Shown: piece by piece, positions 1 through 5,129 of the stretch
Position numbering within the stretch: the stretch's first letter is position 1
How the letters are laid out: each line of letters starts with the position of its first letter
NCBI GenBank assembly: GCA_051294375.1
Contig: JBJCIZ010001502.1
Location: 1-5,129 of the forward strand
DNA: 5,129 nt
Reading direction: 5' to 3'
DNA from: Paraspadella gotoi
Lineage: Eukaryota; Animalia; Chaetognatha
Position numbers and translations under genes: made by a program
Notes under the pieces: generated by a model
Told to the model about the DNA's origin: nothing
What the model saw: the letters and a program-made list of their open reading frames with translations, nothing else
The model's database searches: none

Positions 1-139
1 ACGCACAATTAAGTTCCGAATGGATTCAACTTGGTTCTTTCAAGAATTCGAAATACGTTACACTACATCACACATTCCGTTATCAACATGGGCGTCCTGG
101 AGTTAGGGAAATTTTGAGCTGAGGCGATCTTATAACAGT

Positions 140-177
140 TTCGGCGTCGTCTTCATGATGACGCTTGTCTTGTCGTT
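140..177 (-). repeat. Gap-truncated dispersed copy of 4330-4371 (copy A)
   Basis: TTCGGCGTCGTCTTCATGATGACGCTTGTC---TTGTCGTT aligns with TTCGCGCGTCTTTCAATTGATGTCGCTTGTCGACTTGTCGTT in the same orientation. The minus-strand peptides are TTRQASS and TTSRQATS. Confidence 0.6.
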
Positions 178-202
178 NNNNNNNNNNNNNNNNNNNNNNN
201 NN
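178..202. other. Assembly gap (25 N)
   Basis: A run of 25 N is directly visible. True distance and contiguity across it are unknown. Confidence 0.99.
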
Positions 203-299
203 TCAAAGGTTCTTTTTTAAAAAAATCGCCCTCAGCACTAAAGTTATCGACATACATAAACACAAGCAAACTCAAACCTGTCAACGAGGAACATGCCGA

Positions 300-701
300 C
301 TACGATCCTCCACCTATAAGAAGACACGACGACAGAGAGTGGTGATCAATGCGGAGCCGACGCCCAAATAGCGACGACATTTCGTGCAGGGGCGCGAAAG
401 CGGCGCGGCGGAAATCGGCCTGACACCTTACCTCCGCCGCCGTGCCAGCTTCGACAACGCCCACCGTCCGCATCGATAACTCCGATCGGACGCTTCGGTC
501 CCTCGCGTCGACCGCTAATTCGCGCCCTGTACGCTGCCGGCACTGGCGCGCCTCTGCGGCAGCTCTGCGTCTACGCGCATGGATCTTCAGTTTGGACGCG
601 AAATGACCGTGAATTTTGGTTTCGCAGGAAGGATGATCCTCGACGAGTAACGCCGGGATCTTGATGGGTTGTGAATGAAATTGATTATATATTTTGGTCA
701 T
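300..701 (-). CDS. Hypothetical Arg/Ala-rich protein or exon (copy B of the local paralog family)
   Basis: This 133-aa ORF in a GC-rich island shares the ordered motifs IK, IH, K[IM]xA, AAE and AGxAxEV with the 4173-4520 frame. The ATG at 701 lies in a TCAT microsatellite, so the start is uncertain. Confidence 0.35.
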   Translation of the reverse strand: MTKIYNQFHSQPIKIPALLVEDHPSCETKIHGHFASKLKIHARRRRAAAEARQCRQRTGRELAVDARDRSVRSELSMRTVGVVEAGTAAEVRCQADFRRAAFAPLHEMSSLFGRRLRIDHHSLSSCLLIGGGS

Positions 702-774
702 TCATTCATTACTCAATCATTTCATTCACATCCATTCCATCATTCAATCAATCACAATCAATCATCAAATCAAT
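698..774 (+). repeat. Imperfect (TCAT/TCAA)n microsatellite
   Basis: TCATTCATTCATT...TCAATCAATCACAATCAATCATCAAATCAAT is directly visible. Confidence 0.85.
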
Positions 775-834
775 TTTCTTTTTTCTTTCCTTTTCTTTCT
801 TTCTTTTTCTTTCTTTCTTTCTTCTTTCTTTCTT
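774..834 (+). repeat. Imperfect (TTTC)n microsatellite / polypyrimidine tract
   Basis: About 60 nt consisting only of T and C, with TTTC periodicity. Confidence 0.92.
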
Positions 835-1202
835 GGTTGATATTTCCCTATATAGCTCTACCCACAATGGGCGCCATGCGACCGACTTCTCTGTTTAGCT
901 TCGGATCGATTGTCAGCGCTTGCATCTCTTCTTCCCTCCTTTCTGCGTCAACCGCCCTGCATGGGTTTTCGGCACGCCTCTTCGTCCCTCAAGCAGGCCG
1001 CTCGGCTGGCAGTCCCTTCGGCCTCCTGACGCTCATGTCCCTGCGTCCCGCTTTCAAACGGCGGACGCCGCTAACAACCCGCCCCCACGCCAGAAACGTG
1101 GCCCTTCGTCTTCGCCCGGTCAACGTTGTCTATTTTGGCGTCCATTTTATCGCGGAATTCCTGGCGGGTAAGAAGGTGGGTCGCTTAGAGGGAGCATATA
1201 AA

Positions 1203-1267
1203 GTAAGTAGGAACACGATGTCATTTATCTTGTTTTATATACCTTACAATCGTTATTGACCAAACAG
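1203..1267 (+). other. Candidate 65-nt GT-AG intron
   Basis: AA|GTAAGT donor at 1203, AT-rich interior, TTGAC branch-like motif at 1256-1260 and CAG| at 1265-1267. A phase-0 splice would join GAYK to MTLLPTPDSP...WQG* (stop 1376-1378). Confidence 0.3.
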
Positions 1268-1370
1268 ATGACACTCCTTCCCACGCCGGATTCCCCTGCA
1301 CTCAGTGCTTCCTTTGCACGTTTGTCTCTTCGGGTCTTCTCTCCTCGGTATGTCGACAATCCCCAATGGC

Positions 1371-1454
1371 AAGGATAAAAGTCACAGAAAAGCAAGATAA
1401 AAAGCAGAGGAAAAGGCAAAGAAAACAAGAGAGAGAAGGGCCAAAAGACGAGAG
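1371..1454 (+). repeat. Purine-rich (A/G) low-complexity tract
   Basis: AAGGATAAAA...AAAAGCAGAGGAAAAGGCAAAGAAAACAAGAGAGAGAAGGG is directly visible. Confidence 0.7.
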
Positions 1455-1549
1455 TTCTTTGCGAAGCAGTCCTATCAGTCCACCGACGAAACGCGACGAG
1501 GACGCGACGACGGAACTCGACAAGTGGAAAAGAAGGCGACAAGTAAAGC

Positions 1550-1925
1550 TCATTTAGGAGCAACGACGCTACGAACCCGACCGAGAGAAGAATCATCGCT
1601 ATGAGAAGATCCCAAATCTCCTTTGAACTCCTCCTCTTCTCTCCTCAACGCCTTTTCCTCGCTCATTCGCGTTCTGACGCGTCGTCTCTGGGCCCGTCGC
1701 TTCGATACAGCTTCGGAATAGCGCGTCCCTAGGAATCCTCTCGCTCCATCTACCTGGTCGTCTTGCGTCTTTCTTCCGCGCGTCCCGGATGGAGGCTCGG
1801 GCTCGCGCATCGTCTTCGGTGATTCGCCGCCGCGTTTTCGCCTGCTTATGCCCGCGAAAACTTTGGCGATCCGCCCAGCTGCCCGTGCGCTTGATGTGAT
1901 CGGCACCAGAATCCTCGCGAATCAA
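1550..1925 (-). pseudogene. Frameshifted or fragmentary candidate paralog (copy D), highly charged
   Basis: Two overlapping ORFs are present. IREDSGADHIKRT (frame 1599-1925) matches FTGESASELLKHT of copy C without gaps, and AKVFAG (frame 1550-1906) matches AKMFAS. This implies a frame change near 1870. Confidence 0.3.
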
Positions 1926-2003
1926 TGCACCAACTTTACAACTAACAGATTGATTCTAATTTACATCATCACGCCGCATTCCCCAATCCCTCAACCTCCC
2001 TCC

Positions 2004-2180
2004 TCAACCTCCGCTACCAATTCTTCTCATTCCTCTCATGCATCCAAACTGCGCTGAGCCGCTTGCAGAGTCTCCCGGCCGCGACTGCTCAACGCTAGCC
2101 CTTCGGCTTAGATAGTGATCGTCAACGGCGCGCTCCAAGTCGTTCGCTCGGGCGTTGTCCGTCATGCACGGGTTCGTCAT
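2004..2180 (-). CDS. 58-aa ORF not in the supplied track, weak candidate paralog (copy F)
   Basis: ATG at 2180 and TGA at 2006-2004 give MTNPCMTDNARANDLERAVDDHYLSRRASVEQSRPGDSASGSAQFGCMRGMRRIGSGG. The ANDL...HYLSR segment resembles ASEL...HDYLSQ of copy C. Confidence 0.2.
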   Translation of the reverse strand: MTNPCMTDNARANDLERAVDDHYLSRRASVEQSRPGDSASGSAQFGCMRGMRRIGSGG

Positions 2181-2989
2181 TTCAGCGGCGCTGCGGGATC
2201 AGGCCGTCCGCCTACGAATGATCCGTACGTAGACTTCGTCTTTTCATTTTTTCGCACTTTACGTTTTCGTCGCTGAGCGCCGATGGCAGTGTTGCTTACG
2301 CTTGCGCTGCTAATAACATAAATAAGGTGTTTTTTTTTAAAAACCGCAATTTTCTACTTACAATAATGACTATTAGTAGGTATATGATAAAATTTATATA
2401 CCTATATGAGTATTATGTTGCATCTATTTTCTTAATTTTTTTGAAAAATTTATCGAATATCAGTCTATTTTTAATTATTTTTTATTTTAATAATTGTCAC
2501 ACCTTAGTTTCAGATCTCACTTGTGGCATTGATTATTATAACAAACCCACCAATTACGATGAAAGTCAACTGTTACAAACAAATCTAAGAAAGTATTTTT
2601 TCACCGTTAGAAACTTGATTTCTTCTATTTACGTGTAAATTAGTGAAATACGTTACAAATTATGAAAAATCATTTTCTTTTTTCCTTTTTACTTGCCTTA
2701 GGATGAATGACATTTTGTTTTTAGTGTTGCAATGTTGGCAAGAGAGCGCAGTTATCTTTTTACTAAAACCAGTGTAAATTAAGCTGTGAAAAGTTCTTGA
2801 TACCGTTTAGGACTATAAATTTTTTTTTTAGGTTTTTCTTTTCGATAATGATTTTAAGGTGATACGGGGTTCATGCAAACCATCAGCATGAATTGGGTGC
2901 AATAAACGGGACGATGTTCATATCGGAGAATGATTTATCTCCATGAATTAAACGAAATTGATTCCAAAAAATTCTAAACATAAACAAAC

Positions 2990-3085
2990 TGGGCAGTCGG
3001 AGAGAATGGTGGTGACGTGACTCTCTGTAATGAGAGAGAGAGGAGAGGCATATCGATGGCGGTCGGGTGTTGCTGCTTTGCCACA
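2990..3085. promoter_or_regulatory. Small GC-richer island with TGACGTG, GAGA repeat and TATCGAT
   Basis: GGTGACGTGAC at 3011-3021, a GA repeat at 3032-3048 and TATCGAT at 3051-3057 lie within otherwise AT-rich DNA. Motif-level evidence only. Confidence 0.2.
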
Positions 3086-3536
3086 ATTGTTGGCTTGAAC
3101 TTTACCAATTAAAAATTGTTCGTTCGATGGAAGTTTTACAAGAAAGATACTGATTTCAATGGAGTTAAATGAAATGATCAAATATGTTGGGCTTGTATCA
3201 ATTTGTTTTCTGAACTTCAGTTTTGCACCCTTGGTTAAAAAATCCGCTTGACTTTTTATTTTTCACACTCATCCACATATGCCATGCGTTCGAATTTCAA
3301 AAAAGCAAATTTTTTCTTTTGTTTGCAACTAAAGACTCTTTTTTACGCCTCGCCTTAAAATGTCCCTATATATGAGATTCCCACGGTCATAACGATGTAG
3401 TTAATCGCCAATGTGGATGCAGTAGAGGTTAAGACTTCAAGGCAGAATAATTCAGTAAACCAATAAGTTAATATTTTCATTTTCATCTCATACCTAGGTA
3501 GCTTCTTCCGGAGTGGCCTATTTGTTTTCCTCTGTC

Positions 3537-4000
3537 TCAGCTGAGCTGCGTCACGTAAAACAGTATGAGGATTTTGCTAACTCCTAACTGGCAAACACAA
3601 GCCATGATCGATGTACGAGATGACGCCAAGTTCGCTCGACGTACCGACCTCTTTTTACACTCCCCCCTTACGTGAGTGGTGTACGTACAGCTGGTCTTCG
3701 CCCTAAGTGGCATATGTCTTGCTGCAGCGATCTTATTCCCGTTCAGCATGTAACCCAGTTCATGTCCCCACACAATGCAAGTTTTTGCTCAGCAAAGTGT
3801 GTCCCCGATCTTGCCATCTCACTTGTATTTCCTCTGCTCGCGTACGGCCCGAACGCGCCGCATCTCACCCCTCTTTGAACGTCCCAAGACGGCTCCATCT
3901 TTAACCTAACCCGGCCGTTGTCTCCTTGAAGGTTCCATAAGCACGCCCGCTCGATCTCTTGATGATCACTCTAACGCTTGGCGCACTCTTGACTTTAATG
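3537..4000 (-). pseudogene. GC-rich, coding-like but frame-broken segment downstream of the repeat
   Basis: Short open stretches occur in alternating frames (IKVKSAPSVRVIIKRSSGRAYGTFKE; MRRVRAVREQRKYK; VRWQDRGHTLLSK; WGHELGYMLNGNKIAAARH). The last three can be joined by single-base indels. No family recognised. Confidence 0.2.
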
Positions 4001-4308
4001 TTCCAGAGTTGCGACGATTCCAGAGCCGCGCAGTGTCGTCACTCGACGACCCTCGAACGGCAGCACCGCTTGACGATGGACAATTCCAGAGCCGCCGCCG
4101 GCGTCGTCACCTGACGACACCTCGAACACGGCGCCCGCAACTGTGATGACGAACGATTCAGACGCGCCGGTTTTACACCTTGACGACACCTCGAACACGG
4201 CGCTCGCAATTCAATGACGACGATTCAGATAGCCGCCGGCGTCGCACCTTACGACAAACCTCGACGGCCGGCCCCGCCGCAACTTTGATGACGATGATTC
4301 CAGAGCTG
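4001..4308. repeat. Degenerate ~70-bp tandem repeat (minisatellite), about 4.2 units
   Basis: The anchor ATTC(C)AGA recurs at 4017, 4083, 4156, 4223 and 4297 (periods 66, 73, 67, 74), with a partial TTCCAGAG at 4001. The 23-mer TGACGACACCTCGAACACGGCGC is identical at 4112-4134 and 4181-4203. GCCGCCGGCGTCG is shared by units 2 and 4. Confidence 0.93.
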
Positions 4309-4520
4309 TTCTCTGGAGCGGCTTTCCCGTTCGCGCGTCTTTCAATTGATGTCGCTTGTCGACTTGTCGTTGCATTCTCTGCCGCCCACATTCGCTTTTG
4401 CTCCGCTCGACACGCTGCCTCACGGCTGGCGAACATCTTCGCCTGGCTCAAATAATCGTGAATTCGTTGTGTGTGCTTGAGGAGTTCCGACGCTGACTCT
4501 CCCGTGAACTTCCGCATCAT
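4173..4520 (-). CDS. Hypothetical small charged protein or exon (copy C of a local paralog family), running into the tandem repeat
   Basis: The 115-aa ORF reads MMRKFTGESASELLKHTQRIHDYLSQAKMFASREAACRAEQKRMWAAE and looks helical and natural in composition. The frame stays open upstream to 4619 (VGSTWFSVTIGFNTQACTIINAACITHDRCKIK). Its TAA at 4173-4175 falls in a degenerate part of repeat unit 3. It shares collinear motifs with ORF 300-701. Confidence 0.45.
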   Translation of the reverse strand: MMRKFTGESASELLKHTQRIHDYLSQAKMFASREAACRAEQKRMWAAENATTSRQATSIERRANGKAAPENSSGIIVIKVAAGPAVEVCRKVRRRRLSESSSLNCERRVRGVVKV

Positions 4521-4699
4521 CTTGATCTTGCACCGATCATGGGTGATGCATGCGGCATTAATAATAGTGCATGCTTGGGTGTTGAAACCGATCGTTACAC
4601 TAAACCATGTACTACCAACTCATTTTCTGACTATTTTGGGTTTAAAAGTTTTTCTTTTGGTCTTCTTCTCCCCATTCTTGTTTTACAAGATAAATTGTT

Positions 4700-4925
4700 T
4701 GTTCAGTTAATAATCACTGTATGTATAAAACGAATCGATTTGATGGTTTCATTTATGCAATTTGCAATACAGAAATAAATAAATTTTATTTACATTGTTT
4801 TCGTACGTTCCGTCAATTTGTTCGTTGCTTAATCCCACTATACACTGTCTACTATCGATCAAAACTTTTCCTCTTCCGTTTCTAAGCAACCTCAAAATCG
4901 ATTTTTCATTCTTCGTAGTTGAATT
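4700..4925. promoter_or_regulatory. Putative (possibly divergent) promoter region with DRE-like ATCGAT cluster
   Basis: ATCGAT occurs at 4734, 4854 (TATCGAT) and 4897 (within the 12-bp palindrome AAAATCGATTTT, 4894-4905). TATAAAA is at 4724 and Inr-like TCAGTT and TAGTT are at 4703 and 4916. The region sits between the minus-strand frame and the plus-strand splice signals. Confidence 0.25.
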
Positions 4926-4992
4926 CTGATGGATGGTTGAATTTAATTTTTTTCTCAATTTTTTGTCGAAGTTCTTTAGTCGTTTTTGTTAA

Positions 4993-5085
4993 GTGAATTT
5001 GTGTAGCCAGTTGTTTTATTATTTATACACCTAAATTTTTCTTTTTCTCTCAGGTAATTTGAATTTTTTTCTCCCGTCGGTAAGT
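4993..5085 (+). other. Candidate splice signals of a plus-strand transcript continuing beyond the window
   Basis: A strong polypyrimidine tract plus CAG acceptor ends at 5053. A possible weak donor GTGAAT at 4993 would give a 61-nt intron. A consensus donor G|GTAAGT at 5080 would define a 26-nt exon (5054-5079). Confidence 0.35.
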
Positions 5086-5129
5086 TGTTACTGTCGAGGT
5101 ACCGGGCAATACAAACTCAAAATAAACAC

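Noticed and set aside
671-898. Hydrophobic, membrane-like N-termini of ORFs 671-898 and 675-1259 (+)
   Set aside because: The Phe/Leu/Ser runs are simply the translation of the TCAT and TTTC microsatellites.
1225-1596. Transmembrane-like stretch in minus ORFs and Lys/Arg-rich plus ORF 1366-1557
   Set aside because: Both are explained by the purine-rich tract 1371-1454 and have no independent coding evidence.
2050-2310. Structured ncRNA or ribozyme in the GC-rich tail
   Set aside because: Only short palindromes are present (CAGCGGCGCTG, CTACG...CGTAG). I found no tRNA cloverleaf and no complete hammerhead core (CUGANGA...GAAA with stems) by eye. An Infernal/Rfam scan would be decisive.
2327-3181. 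ORFs 2327-2638, 2883-3086 and 2948-3181
   Set aside because: They have non-ATG starts, mostly F/I/L/N-rich translations typical of AT-rich non-coding DNA, and no recognisable motifs.
3491-3690. 10-bp palindromes TACCTAGGTA, CTCAGCTGAG and TGTACGTACA
   Set aside because: They are unrelated to each other and their length is expected by chance in 5 kb.
4001-4308. CRISPR array
   Set aside because: The sequences between the conserved cores are homologous to each other rather than unique spacers, the repeats are degenerate, there are no cas genes and the context looks eukaryotic.
4180-4778. Plus-strand ORFs 4180-4455, 4471-4710 and 4539-4778
   Set aside because: They are most simply antisense shadows of the minus-strand frame or low-complexity translations.
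267-5121. CAAACTCAAA near both ends as an LTR or terminal repeat
   Set aside because: The match is only 10 bp, A-rich, and does not extend.
1-5129. Autonomous transposon or recognisable viral gene
   Set aside because: No RT (YxDD), DDE transposase/integrase, gag CCHC knuckle, helicase or capsid motif was recognised in the frames examined.

Overview
This looks like draft eukaryotic genomic DNA, possibly arthropod-like (inference from about 60-65 nt GT-AG intron candidates, ATCGAT/DRE-like and GAGA motifs, and long poly-T/poly-A runs). It contains a 25-N assembly gap at 178-202. I recognise no known gene, RNA gene, CRISPR array or transposase. Two GC-rich blocks (about 300-2310 and 3540-4550) are separated by an AT-rich stretch (about 2320-3500). 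The main signal is that several short minus-strand reading frames appear to be diverged paralogs of one unnamed, small, charged protein module. The best-supported pairs are 300-701 with 4173-4619 and 140-177 with 4330-4371. Weaker candidates lie at about 950-1070, 1270-1365, 1550-1925 and 2004-2180. The right-hand copy carries a roughly 70-bp tandem repeat (about 4.2 units) whose consensus encodes a 24-aa unit, SGIVVITVAGAVFEVSSGDDAGGG. Many 1-nt indels break the frames, so either pseudogenisation or unpolished long-read gap-fill sequence must be considered. All alignments were made by eye and no database search was run.
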